Assembly: GCA_963733885.1 (NCBI GenBank)
Contig: CAVTES010000002.1
Coordinates: 43,896 to 107,895 of the forward strand
DNA: 64,000 nt
From: an uncultured Thermoleophilaceae bacterium
Lineage (GTDB): Bacteria; Actinomycetota; Thermoleophilia; Solirubrobacterales; Thermoleophilaceae
Direction of reading: 5' to 3'
Shown here: positions 1 to 9,302 of the stretch, piece by piece
How the letters are laid out: each line of letters starts with the position of its first letter
Numbering within the stretch: position 1 is the first letter of the stretch
Notes under the pieces: model-generated
The model's database searches: none
Told to the model about the DNA's origin: nothing
The model's input: the letters and a program-made list of their open reading frames with translations, nothing else
Position numbers and translations under genes: made by a program

Positions 1-1087
1 CGAGCTGGATGTGCCGCCGCCACGGGGCGACCAGCAGGTACGGGTTCCGCGGCACGCAGAAGTTCACACGCGGGTGGAGTCGCTCGTGCGAGTACGAGGC
101 GAAGCTCTCGTCGAGCCAGGGCTCGCGGTACTGGTTGTTGCCGACCAGCCCGTACCACCACTGGTGGGCGACCTCATGGGTGATCACGTCGGCGGCGGGG
201 ATCGAGAAGACCAGCTCGGGGTACTCCATGCCGATCCCCGCTCCAAACCCGCCGCGGACGAGTACCACGTCGAGCTCGGTCGAGTCGTAGGGCCCGTACC
301 GGCGGCCAAACAGGCGAAGGGCCCGGCGAGCGATCTGCAGGGCGCCACGGCTGCCCCGCACCCGGCGGCCCGCGAACACGCGCACCCGAACCCCGCCCTG
401 GCTCCCCTGCACGACCCGCAAGGGGCCCACGGCCAGCGCGAAGTCGCGCGCCTGCGCCGAGCTCACGCGAAGCGTGCGCTCGCCGCCCGCGATGTCCTCC
501 GCCACCGTCGCGCCCGTCGTGGCGGCGCGCAGGCGCCGTGGCAGGCGCAGGACGGCGTCCCAGCCCGCCCCGAGCGAGTAGAAGCTCTCGCCCAGCCCGG
601 CGTACGGCTCGAGGTGGAGCCCCCGCCGGTCCCGCACGGCGAGCACCGGGATCACGTTCCCGAGCAGCACCGTGTCCCGAACCCGGCCGAAGCGGTCCCT
701 CTTGGGGCGCACGCGGACCTCGAACCGGAGAGCGACCGCGCCGGTGCCGCCCGGCGGGACGGGGGCCGCGAGCCGCACCTCCAGGGCGGTGCAGCGCACG
801 CGCTCCCTCCCGGCCGTGGCCGGGGCCTCGACCTCGACCCGGATGCGGCGCGGCCGGCAGTTGTCGGGGCCGTTCGCCCAGAGGCGCAGCCAAACGCTGC
901 TGAGCGCCGCCGGCCCGCGGTTGTGGAACTCGATCCGCTCGCTCCCGGAGAGCACCCCGGCGCCTCTGTCCTCGTAGCGTAGGTCGAGCCTGTAGGCCTC
1001 CGGGTCGGCGTCGCGGATCTCGACCGGCCGGGCGGCCGCCGCTGGGGCGAGGGCAAGGGCCAGCAGGATGACGAGGGCGGCACGCAC
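1..1087 (-). CDS. Secreted M1-family (gluzincin) metallopeptidase; 3' end lies beyond the window start
   Basis: This frame is absent from the ORF track because it runs off the edge. My own minus-strand translation gives a GTG start at 1087 and a signal-like VRAALVILLALALAPAAAA. It also gives VITHEVAHQWWYGLVGNNQYREPWLDESF (HExxH-x18-E zincin signature) at about 100-190. Confidence 0.8.
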   Translation of the reverse strand, partial: MRAALVILLALALAPAAAARPVEIRDADPEAYRLDLRYEDRGAGVLSGSERIEFHNRGPAALSSVWLRLWANGPDNCRPRRIRVEVEAPATAGRERVRCTALEVRLAAPVPPGGTGAVALRFEVRVRPKRDRFGRVRDTVLLGNVIPVLAVRDRRGLHLEPYAGLGESFYSLGAGWDAVLRLPRRLRAATTGATVAEDIAGGERTLRVSSAQARDFALAVGPLRVVQGSQGGVRVRVFAGRRVRGSRGALQIARRALRLFGRRYGPYDSTELDVVLVRGGFGAGIGMEYPELVFSIPAADVITHEVAHQWWYGLVGNNQYREPWLDESFASYSHERLHPRVNFCVPRNPYLLVAPWRRHIQL

Positions 1088-1113
1088 CTGGCCAACGGTA
1101 CTGTCGTGCGGGC

Positions 1114-1446
1114 ATGAAGCTCGCAACCTGGCACGTAAACGCGCTCATGGCGCGGATGCCGGGAGTGCTCGAGTTCCTCGGGCTGCACCGGCAGGACATC
1201 CTCTTCATTCAGGAGACCAAGACCGAGCCGAACGCGTTTCCGCCGCCCGAGCTCGAGGCGGCCGGCTACCGCGCCGTCCACCACGGCCCCGGGCGCTGGG
1301 CCGGCGTGGCGCTGCTGGCACGCGGCGAAGTCGACGGCGGCATCGACCGCAGCTTTAGCCATCGTCCGAGGCCCTCGGATCACGCGCCGCTGGTGTGCAT
1401 GGAATGGGGCAGTCAGGCCGTCGCTACTGGCTTGCCTCGATGCTGA
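1114..1446 (+). pseudogene. xthA: Exodeoxyribonuclease III remnant with a large in-frame internal deletion
   Basis: 110 aa. The N-terminus MKLATWHVNALMARMP...ILFIQETK...ELEAAGY...GVALLAR matches the first ~75 aa of ExoIII. It joins directly to GIDRSFSHRPRPSDHAPLV, the ExoIII C-terminal SDHAP motif. About 160 aa of the catalytic core are missing. Confidence 0.6.
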
Positions 1447-1551
1447 AGCCAGGCGGGCTCGACCCGTAAAGGCCTCCTGGGGCTCGCACCTCCACACCCA
1501 CCCCGCGAGGCACCGACCCGGCGGCCCGGCTGTCGCAGAAAGGTAGTCCGC

Positions 1552-2787
1552 TCATCGTCGCCACTTGAGAGGTGAGAGCTGCCCGGCCCCTTCGGTGCGG
1601 ATGTCCTTCCTCCAGAACGCGACGCGATGGCCGCCCTCGAAGGCGGCCAGCTCGCATTGGTAATCGTCGCCCTGGAGGTGAACGGCGTCCCGGATCTCGA
1701 AACGCAGCCGCGGCGCGGCGTGCTGCAGTGCAAGCGACGCCTGCCGCTGCTGCGGACGCGGCGCGTTCGGGTTTGGAATGAAGTCCGGGTTCGTAATCGT
1801 CGTTCCGGCGGGGTGGTCGAGCACCAGGTAGGGGGTGTAGACGGTGTGCGGGGTGACGCGCTTGTCGGCCGAGAACGCGACATCGGAGGCACTTGGGAAG
1901 ATCTTTTGCATCTCCCTGTCCTCTTTCCGGCTGGCCAGGTCGCTCCAGAGCACGGCCCCGGCTAGCCTGGCGCCGCCGATCTGATGGTCGGCGATCGCCT
2001 TGGTCTCGGTCGACACAACGCCGCGCCTGTTCCGCACTGGGAGGCGCTGACCCAGCGGGCCCACATTGAAGTAGGGATGGGCGTGCGCGATGGCGATCCC
2101 GGCGTCCAGGAACTCCCGCTTCCAGTTGACTCCCGTCCTATCTCCGCGGATCAGCACGCACTCGTCGGGGCGTGTCCCGTCGGCGCGTGGCTTTGCCTTG
2201 AGGATGCCCCACTCGATCTCTCGGTCAGCCCACGCCCCCACCGGCACGTAGGCGAGCCCCTGCTCCTGCAGACCCTGCAATGCGTTCGGATCGGCGCGCT
2301 CGACGTCGGTGACGACTGCCCGCGCGTCGGCCTCCGTCAGCGGCGGCGTGCGGTAGACGACCTCTGGCAACGCCATCAGCTGGGCCCAGGCGGCGTCTTG
2401 GAGCATCGTCAGCGCCGCGCGCACCGCCTCGCGCTCCGTGCCGTGGACGTGCTGGCCCGCGCCGGTCATCTCGACGAGCTTCCGGCGCACCGCGTCGGGG
2501 CTGAATCCGGCCGCCCTAGCCTCGGTGGAAATGATCTTGTCCAGGCGCGCCTTGGACGCGCCCGGCGGGTCGAGCGTCGTCACCTGCGCGCCGCCGATCC
2601 ACAGTTGCCGCTGGATGGCGGCTCCGGTCGACACGAGCCGGGCCACCGCCCTGTTTCCGGCCGTGCACTGAAGCCCCATCAGCAGCTCGGCCGTGGGACC
2701 CGAGCCGCGTTCCTGCGCGGCCCCCCCGCGCTCGGCCCGGGCGACGCCGATCCGCTCGGTCTGCTCGCGTTTGGCGTGCTCAGCCAT
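1552..2787 (-). CDS. Hypothetical protein with an N-terminal LQxxxGNRA leader motif and an unknown C-terminal domain
   Basis: ORF 1552..2913 trimmed to the ATG at 2787 (MAEHAKREQ). The LLMGLQCTAGNRAVARLV motif resembles the leader seen in DUF4157-family proteins; compare LALQRAIGNRATMQV in 54673..56760. I recognise no catalytic domain. Confidence 0.6.
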   Translation of the reverse strand: MAEHAKREQTERIGVARAERGGAAQERGSGPTAELLMGLQCTAGNRAVARLVSTGAAIQRQLWIGGAQVTTLDPPGASKARLDKIISTEARAAGFSPDAVRRKLVEMTGAGQHVHGTEREAVRAALTMLQDAAWAQLMALPEVVYRTPPLTEADARAVVTDVERADPNALQGLQEQGLAYVPVGAWADREIEWGILKAKPRADGTRPDECVLIRGDRTGVNWKREFLDAGIAIAHAHPYFNVGPLGQRLPVRNRRGVVSTETKAIADHQIGGARLAGAVLWSDLASRKEDREMQKIFPSASDVAFSADKRVTPHTVYTPYLVLDHPAGTTITNPDFIPNPNAPRPQQRQASLALQHAAPRLRFEIRDAVHLQGDDYQCELAAFEGGHRVAFWRKDIRTEGAGQLSPLKWRR

Positions 2788-3429
2788 GCCGCAGCTACCC
2801 GGTCGCGCCGCTGCTGCTTGCCTCAGGCAACCGCCAGATTGACACGAGCCCCAGTATCCATGACTGGGAGCAGCCCATTGATGCCGTCCGCGCTGCCCGA
2901 AAGCGCAAGGCAATCAACGAGCAGGACGCCGCCCACCCCGGGCTGCGCCCGGCCCAGCCCGGGCGCCTTCTTCGACGCGAGAGCCAGCCAGACGTGCAGA
3001 AACGGGGCTGATTCCGGGGCTGGGGCCAGCCCGACCGTCATCAAGACCGGGGACGGGGAACGCCTACGGCACAAGCACCGCGGCACGCGTGCGGCGCATC
3101 CTGCTGCGTGCGAGGCGCGCTGAGCTGGGACTCGCAGGGGGGAGAAGTTTCCCTCCGCCCGACTCCTCCCCGCAGCGGCTCACTCTTGCCGTGGCGGGCG
3201 CGAGCGGGGCGGCAACGGGCGTTGCCGCGCCCCCGCCGAAAGCTCCTTAGGGCCTTTAGCTCCGCGAGGTCAACACCTACACGGCGCGTGGGACCTGACC
3301 TTGCCGGCGTGGCGGATAAGCGCGAGTCCGAGGTGCGGCTCGAAGCCTCCGGTGGAGAGGCGCGAGCCAGCGGAGGGGACGTGACTTTGCGCATCGATCA
3401 TCCGACTGCTCGACGAGTTCCGACTCGCG

Positions 3430-3612
3430 GTGCTGAGCATCATCTTCGGCCTGGGGCTGACGGTCTTGTTCGGCGTGCAACAAGAGGCGGGCTGGTTGTC
3501 GGGAGTCCTGGCAGGCGTCGCCTCGATCGCTGGGCTCGTGGCCCTGTTTCGATGGCGACGTTCGCGGAACGCAATCGCGCGCATGCTCGATTGGGTCGTC
3601 GGTCGCGACTGA
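3430..3612 (+). CDS. Small two-helix membrane protein (hypothetical)
   Basis: 60 aa, hydrophobic: MLSIIFGLGLTVLFGV...GVLAGVASIAGLVALF, followed by a basic tail. No homology recognised. Confidence 0.35.
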   Translation: MLSIIFGLGLTVLFGVQQEAGWLSGVLAGVASIAGLVALFRWRRSRNAIARMLDWVVGRD

Positions 3613-3643
3613 CCGCGCCGCCGGGGTGGGCCCGTGTGCTTGC

Positions 3644-6600
3644 TCACGCGCTGAGCGTGAGGCGGCGTGGACCCTGCCGGAAGCCGAGCTCGATCAGCAG
3701 CTCGGCGGTAGGCGATCCCACCACGGGCTCCCCGTCGAAGCGCTCGACGGCGAGCCGCGGCACGCGGCCGCGCTTCACCGCGTCGGCGAGCGCCTCGAGT
3801 GCGGGCCCAAGCCACTCGCGGCTGGGATCGCGGAGCGGCAGCAGGCCCTTGCCGCCGCGCTCGACGTAGAGCACCGGCTCGGCGTCGAGGGTCACCACGT
3901 ACGCCCCGGCCACGCGGGCCGGCCGCCTCCCGCTGTCGTCGTCGCGCTTCGGCCAGCTCAGGGTGGCCCCGAACGGGTTGGCGGGATCGGTGGCCGCCAG
4001 CACGAGCGCGCCGGCCGGCTCGTCCGTGCGCATCGCCCGGAGGCGCTCTATGGCGGCCGACAGCGCGAACTGGGCGCCGCCCAGGCCCTCCACGAAGTAG
4101 CCGCGCCGCGCGGTGCCGAGCGTCTCCAGGTTGGACAGCTCGCCGTACAGCGCGGCGAACCCACCGGGGAGGCCCTCGGCGAGCACCGTCTCGCGGGTGA
4201 CGATGCCGTAACGCTCCAGCAGGATCTCGGCCATGGCGCGCATGCGAGGGCCGTGCGCCGGGGCCTCGGCGAACAGCGCGGCGGTGAGCGACCATCGCCC
4301 CTGCACCTGAGGCGAGGCGGGGCGCCGGCGCCGGGCAAAGCGCCGGCCGGCGTCGCGTGTCGCCTTGGCCAGCGAGAGGCGCGGCGCGCGCAGCGGGGCG
4401 AATGCGTCATTCGTGACCTCGCCCGCCCAGGCGAGATCCCAGAGCGCCTCCTGGAGCTCGGCCGGCTCGCGCTCGCCCAGATCGGCGAGGAGGTCGGTCC
4501 AGAACGCCGCGCCGAGCTCGAGCCGCTCGCGGATGGCGTCGTGCCCGGCCCCCTCCGGCCGCTCGCCGCGCGTAGGCGGCGGGCCGAGCCAGCGGGCGTC
4601 CTCGCGGAAGTAAAGGGCAACCCGGCCGGAGCGCGAGCCGAGCGCGCCGGCGCCCACCCACACGACCTCGCCGCCGCCGCACAGCTGGTCCATCCAGGCG
4701 GGCGAGTACGAGCCGATGCGGCGGGGAAGCACGTCGCGCTCCCAGACCTCCGGCGCGAGCGCAACGCCCTGCAGCGGCAGGAGCACCTCGCGCAACCGGT
4801 CGACCCCGCTCGACGTGGTGGAGTCCACGCCCTGCCAGGCGGGTAGGAAGCGCGCCAGCGCACGCTGGTCGGCGGGCTCGACCTCCTTGCGAAGCGTGGC
4901 GAGCGACGCCCGCCGCAGGCGGCGCAGCACCTCGGGATCGCACCACTCCCGCTCGCTGCCGCCGGGGCGCAGCTCGCCGCGGACCAGGCCGCCCGCGGCC
5001 TCCAGCTCCCGCAGCACCGGGCCGGAGTCGATCGCGTAGCGGTCGGACAGGTTGCGCGTGGTGAACGGCCCGTGCGTGCGGGCGTAGCGTCGCGCCAGAC
5101 GCGCGAGCGGGTTCTCGACCTCCTCGAGGAACACCGCGGGCAGCCCACCCGGCGGCATCGCGCCGAGCGCGTCGCGGTAGAGGCCGGCGTCCTCCGCCGC
5201 GAGCCAGCGCTGCTCGCCGCCGATTCGCATGCGAATGGCCCGGCGTCCCTTCTCGAGGTCGCGCAGCATGCGCTGGGCCGACACCGCCTCGAGGCAGCGG
5301 GCCTGCGCCTCGTCGGTGGTGAGGTCGCCCACAGCGCGGAGCACGTCGTGGAGGCCGTCGGCGTTGGCGGCACGGGTGCGCTCGCTCCTTCGCTGGAGGT
5401 CGGCCTCAACCTCCTCGAGCGCGCCGGGGTCGATCAGCTCGCGCAGCTCCTCCTGACCGAGGAGCTCGCGCAGCAGCTCGCGGTCGAGCGACAGCGCAGC
5501 GGCGCGCCGCTCGGCGTTGGGCGTGTCGCCCTCGTACATGTAGGTCGCGACGTAGTCGAACAGCAGCGAGGAGGCGAACGGCGAGGCGCGCTGCGTCTCG
5601 ACCTCGACGAGCGACAGCTCGCGGGTGTGCAGCCCGCGCAGCAGGGCTTCCAGGCCGGGGAGGTCGAACACGTCGCGCAGGCACTCGCGGTAGGTCTCGA
5701 GGACGATCGGGAACTGCCCGTAGCGCTTGGCCACCTCGAGCAGCGACTGCGCCTTGAGGCGCTGCTGCCAGAGCGGTGTGCGCTTTCCGGGGCGGGCGCG
5801 CGGCAGCAGAAGCGCCCGGGCGGCGTTCTCGCGGAAGCGGGCGCCGAACAGCGCCGAGCTCGACAGCTCGCGCACCACTAGCTCCTCGAGCTCGTCGGGC
5901 TGCACCAGCACCAGGTCGGCGCTCGGCGGCTCGTCGGCGTCGGGCAGGTGGACGATGATGCCGTCGTCCGACCAGATGGCGTCGGATTCGAGCGCGAACT
6001 CGTCGCGGACGCGGGCGGAGAGCGCCAGCGCCCAGGCGGCGTGCACGCGCCCGCCGTAGGGCGAGAGCACGCACAGGCGCCAGTCGCCGATCTCGTCGCG
6101 GAAGCGCTCGATCACGATCGTTCGGTCGCTCGGCACAACCCGCGTGGCCTCGCGCTGCTCGCGCAGGTAGGCGGAGAGGTTCTTCGCCGCCCGCTCGTCG
6201 AGGTCGTAGTCGGCGGCCAGGTCGGCCGGCTCGCGCTCCACCGACTGGCGTGCGAAGGCGCCGATCGCCTCGCCAAGCTCCTTGGGGCGGCCCACGCCGT
6301 CGCCGCGCCAGAACGGCACGGCCCCGGGCGTGCCGGGCGCAGGCGTCACGATCACGCGGTCGCGCGTGATCTCCTCGATGCGCCAGGTCGAGGCGCCCAG
6401 CAGGAAGGTCTGGCCCGGGCGGGCCTCGTAGACCATCTCCTCGTCGAGCTCGCCGACACGGCGGCCGTCGGGCAGGTGGACGCCAAAGAGGCCGCGGTCG
6501 GGGATGGTGCCGGCGTTGGTGACCGCGAGCTGGAGGGCGCCCTTTCGCGCACGGATGGTGTCCGCCACCCGGTCCCAGACGATGCGCGGGCGCAGCTCGG

Positions 6601-8125
6601 CGAACTCCTCGGACGGGTAGCGCCCGTCGAGCATGTCGAGCACCGAGTCGAGCAGCTCGCGGCTCAGCTCCGCGAACGGGTAGGCGCGCCGGACGAGCGC
6701 GTGCAGCTCGGGCACGCTCCACTCATCGCCGGTGGCCGTGACCGCGACGACCTGCTGGGCGAGCACGTCGAGCGGGTTGGTGGGCACGACGGTCGGCTCG
6801 ATGTCCCCGTCCCGCATGCGCTTTGCGACGACGGCGCACTCGAGCAGGTCGGCGCGGAACTTGGGGAAGATGCGCCCACGCGAGACCTCGCCCACGCCGT
6901 GCCCGGCGCGCCCGATCCGCTGCAGCCCGGCGGTGACCGACTTGGGCGACTCCACCTGGACCACCAGGTCAACGGCCCCCATGTCGATGCCGAGCTCCAG
7001 CGAGCTGGTGGCCACCAGGCAGGGTAGCTCGCCCGACTTGAGGAGGTCCTCGACTACGAGGCGCTCCTCGCGGGCGAGGGAGCCGTGGTGGGCGCGGGCG
7101 ATGTAGGCGGTCCCGCCCCCCTCGGGCGCGAGGCCGGTGTACTCCGGTGCGGACCGAGCGGCGCCCGGCTCAGTCCGTTCCTGCTCGGCCGCCAGCTCGT
7201 TCAGGCGCACCGCGAGCCGCTCCGCGCCGCGGCGGCTGTTCACGAACACGATCGTCGAGCGGTGCCGGCGGATCAGCTCCAGGAGCTCGGGGTAGATCGC
7301 GGGCCAGATCGAGCGCGACGTCGCCGGCCGCTCCTCCGGTGAGCCGAGCCCCGTGCCGGCGAGGTCGCCGCCGCCGGCCGCCGTGCCGTACCCGTCGACG
7401 CCGGGGGCGCCGAAGTCGGGGGCATCCGGCTCGGACATGCTCTCCACAGGCACGTGGATCTTCAGGTCGAGCGGCTTGCGCATGCCGGCGTCCACGATCC
7501 GGCACCTGCGCCCGGCTCCGACCAGGAACCGTCCCACCTCTTCGAGCGGCCGCTGCGTGGCGGATAGACCGATCCGCTGGAGCGGGCGCCCGGCCACGTG
7601 CTCGAGGCGCTCGAGCGTGAGCGCCAGGTGCGCGCCCCGCTTGGTGCGGGCGACGGCGTGGATCTCGTCGACGATCACCGAATCCGTCTCGGCGAGGAAC
7701 TCGCGCGCCCGCGAGGTGAGCATGAGATAGAGCGACTCGGGCGTGGTGATCAGCACGTCTGGCGGCGTGCGCAGCATCGCCTGGCGCTCCCGCTGGGGCG
7801 TGTCGCCTGTGCGGATGGCGACGCTGATCTCGCCTCCGATCCCCTTCAGCGGCGCGCGCAGGTTCTTTTCGACGTCGTAGGAGAGCGCCTTCAGCGGCGA
7901 GACGTAGACGAGCCGCCCGTTGCCGGGTTCGGCGACGAGCCGGTCGAGCGCCCAGAGAAAGGCCGCGAGGGTCTTGCCCGAGCCGGTGGGGGCGGAGACG
8001 AGCACGTTCTCCCCGCTCGCAATGGCCGGCCAGGCTTGGCTCTGAGCAGGCGTGGGACGCTCGAACGAGCGCGTGAACCAATCACGTACCTGGGGTGTGA
8101 AGCCTGCGAGCGGGTCGTTTGCCAC
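3644..8125 (-). CDS. lhr: Lhr-type large ATP-dependent DNA helicase
   Basis: 1493 aa. N-terminus FTPQVRDWF...PTPAQSQAWPAIASGENVLVSAPTGSGKTLAAFL (Walker A), DEIH box, SATQ, and a long Lhr-specific C-terminal extension. Confidence 0.93.
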   Translation of the reverse strand: MANDPLAGFTPQVRDWFTRSFERPTPAQSQAWPAIASGENVLVSAPTGSGKTLAAFLWALDRLVAEPGNGRLVYVSPLKALSYDVEKNLRAPLKGIGGEISVAIRTGDTPQRERQAMLRTPPDVLITTPESLYLMLTSRAREFLAETDSVIVDEIHAVARTKRGAHLALTLERLEHVAGRPLQRIGLSATQRPLEEVGRFLVGAGRRCRIVDAGMRKPLDLKIHVPVESMSEPDAPDFGAPGVDGYGTAAGGGDLAGTGLGSPEERPATSRSIWPAIYPELLELIRRHRSTIVFVNSRRGAERLAVRLNELAAEQERTEPGAARSAPEYTGLAPEGGGTAYIARAHHGSLAREERLVVEDLLKSGELPCLVATSSLELGIDMGAVDLVVQVESPKSVTAGLQRIGRAGHGVGEVSRGRIFPKFRADLLECAVVAKRMRDGDIEPTVVPTNPLDVLAQQVVAVTATGDEWSVPELHALVRRAYPFAELSRELLDSVLDMLDGRYPSEEFAELRPRIVWDRVADTIRARKGALQLAVTNAGTIPDRGLFGVHLPDGRRVGELDEEMVYEARPGQTFLLGASTWRIEEITRDRVIVTPAPGTPGAVPFWRGDGVGRPKELGEAIGAFARQSVEREPADLAADYDLDERAAKNLSAYLREQREATRVVPSDRTIVIERFRDEIGDWRLCVLSPYGGRVHAAWALALSARVRDEFALESDAIWSDDGIIVHLPDADEPPSADLVLVQPDELEELVVRELSSSALFGARFRENAARALLLPRARPGKRTPLWQQRLKAQSLLEVAKRYGQFPIVLETYRECLRDVFDLPGLEALLRGLHTRELSLVEVETQRASPFASSLLFDYVATYMYEGDTPNAERRAAALSLDRELLRELLGQEELRELIDPGALEEVEADLQRRSERTRAANADGLHDVLRAVGDLTTDEAQARCLEAVSAQRMLRDLEKGRRAIRMRIGGEQRWLAAEDAGLYRDALGAMPPGGLPAVFLEEVENPLARLARRYARTHGPFTTRNLSDRYAIDSGPVLRELEAAGGLVRGELRPGGSEREWCDPEVLRRLRRASLATLRKEVEPADQRALARFLPAWQGVDSTTSSGVDRLREVLLPLQGVALAPEVWERDVLPRRIGSYSPAWMDQLCGGGEVVWVGAGALGSRSGRVALYFREDARWLGPPPTRGERPEGAGHDAIRERLELGAAFWTDLLADLGEREPAELQEALWDLAWAGEVTNDAFAPLRAPRLSLAKATRDAGRRFARRRRPASPQVQGRWSLTAALFAEAPAHGPRMRAMAEILLERYGIVTRETVLAEGLPGGFAALYGELSNLETLGTARRGYFVEGLGGAQFALSAAIERLRAMRTDEPAGALVLAATDPANPFGATLSWPKRDDDSGRRPARVAGAYVVTLDAEPVLYVERGGKGLLPLRDPSREWLGPALEALADAVKRGRVPRLAVERFDGEPVVGSPTAELLIELGFRQGPRRLTLSA

Positions 8126-8143
8126 CGACCCACGAGCGTATCG

Positions 8144-8359
8144 CTAGCGCGGGACGTACTGCTCGGCAACCACCCGGTGCAGGTGGAGGCCGGCCAGGCA
8201 GCCCGCCGCGCCCAGCACTCCGAGCGCCGCGGCCTCGGGGCCGCCCAGGAGCGCTCCGGCGGGGATGGCGAGCGCGACCGTCAGTACGGCCCGCCAGCTG
8301 CCGAGCAGCAGGCCTGCGAAGGTGCCGAGCAGCAGCACCACCAGCGCCAAGAGGGCCAC
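8144..8359 (-). CDS. Small membrane protein (hypothetical)
   Basis: 71 aa with two hydrophobic helices. It sits between the NlpC/P60 gene and lhr on the same strand. Confidence 0.35.
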   Translation of the reverse strand: MALLALVVLLLGTFAGLLLGSWRAVLTVALAIPAGALLGGPEAAALGVLGAAGCLAGLHLHRVVAEQYVPR

Positions 8360-8363
8360 CGCT

Positions 8364-9116
8364 TCAGAGGCCGGCGGGATGGCGGCCGGTATAGCCGCTG
8401 GCGGAGCGCATCACGTCGCTCCAGCGGTTCCCGGTCTGGCGGCGGGCGCTCGTGTCGAAGCGCAGTCCCGCGACGATCATGTAGGCGTGGCCCGGGTTGG
8501 TGCGGACCGTGACCCACTCGCCGCGCCCGGCCTCACCCCAGCTCATGAAGCCGGTCGAGTCGAGGGCGGTGTCGAGCAAGCCGGCCGCGTGCAGGACGTA
8601 GGAGACCGAGCCGGAGCAGTCATAGCCCGTGTCGTTCCAGCGCCCGTGGCCGCCGCCGTACTTGTACGGCTTCGCGGCGATGGCGTTGCCGGCCGCGATG
8701 ATGGCCTGGACCTCCGGGGGCGCCGAGGCGGGCGCCACGGCCAGGCCGTTCTCGTCGATGTAGCCCTTCTCGCCAGCCGAAACCGGGGCCGGGGCGGCGA
8801 CCGGCGCCTCCACGACCTCCACCTGCGCGGCCCGGGAGCGCACGAGGCGCTGCTCGTAGCGCGAGGCGGCGCCGTTGGCGCGCCTCTCCTCGGCCGTCTC
8901 GAAGCTCCGCACGCTGCGAGCGGTTGCCGGACCGAACATCCCGTCGGCCGACGTGTCATAGCCGGCCCCGTCCAGGTAGCGCTGGAGGCGCTTGACGTCG
9001 GACCCGCTCGACCCCTCTCGCAGGGTGCGTGATCCGTATGAGGCCGCCGCGGCGTCGGCGGCCGGAATCAAGGCGAGCGATGCTACGGCTACCCCCATCC
9101 GCAGCGTGCTTTGCAT
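8364..9116 (-). CDS. Secreted cell-wall hydrolase: peptidoglycan-binding domain plus NlpC/P60-like domain
   Basis: Signal peptide MQSTLRMGVAVASLALIPAADA. PG_binding_1-like GSSGSDVKRLQRYLDGAGYDTSADGMFGPATARSV. C-terminal YKYGGGHGRWNDTGYDCSGSVSYVLHAAG (catalytic Cys context) with a later H. Confidence 0.85.
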   Translation of the reverse strand: MQSTLRMGVAVASLALIPAADAAAASYGSRTLREGSSGSDVKRLQRYLDGAGYDTSADGMFGPATARSVRSFETAEERRANGAASRYEQRLVRSRAAQVEVVEAPVAAPAPVSAGEKGYIDENGLAVAPASAPPEVQAIIAAGNAIAAKPYKYGGGHGRWNDTGYDCSGSVSYVLHAAGLLDTALDSTGFMSWGEAGRGEWVTVRTNPGHAYMIVAGLRFDTSARRQTGNRWSDVMRSASGYTGRHPAGL

Positions 9117-9137
9117 GCTGAAGCTCCAATCTCTTCT

Positions 9138-9278
9138 CGCGCGCCTACGGGGTTAGCTGTCGGACTCGCGCCAGAAGAGCAGCGCTACACGGCCGGTGCC
9201 GCGATTCGCCCCAAGAGTTGGATCCCCCGTTCCCCGGCCGCCTGACGGCCAAGGATTCGGCTATGGCTCCTTACGGCT
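9138..9278 (-). promoter_or_regulatory. Cyclic-di-AMP riboswitch (ydaO/yuaA class) in the 5' UTR of the NlpC/P60 gene
   Basis: The minus-strand RNA contains AGCCGAAUCC, GGGGAACGGGGGAUCCAA, UGGGGCGAAUCGC and UCCGACAGCUAACCCCGUAGGCG. From memory these match the conserved pseudo-symmetric cores of the ydaO motif. A TATAGT -10-like box lies at 9284-9289 (minus), and a GGAG RBS sits 8 nt before the ATG. Confidence 0.7.
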
Positions 9279-9302
9279 GCGGCACTATATACCCCAAGGC
9301 CG

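Noticed and set aside
1552-2787. JAMM/MPN-like metalloprotease motif (HAHP ... SASD) in the orphan protein
   Set aside because: The H-x-H and S-x-x-D elements are ~60 residues apart, not the ~7-13 of JAMM domains, and no upstream Glu context is visible. This is likely coincidental.
2823-3086. 87-aa ORF immediately upstream of the orphan LQxxxGNRA gene as a possible partner or immunity gene
   Set aside because: GC3 is only moderately elevated, with no motif and no clear RBS. It is kept as a remark only.
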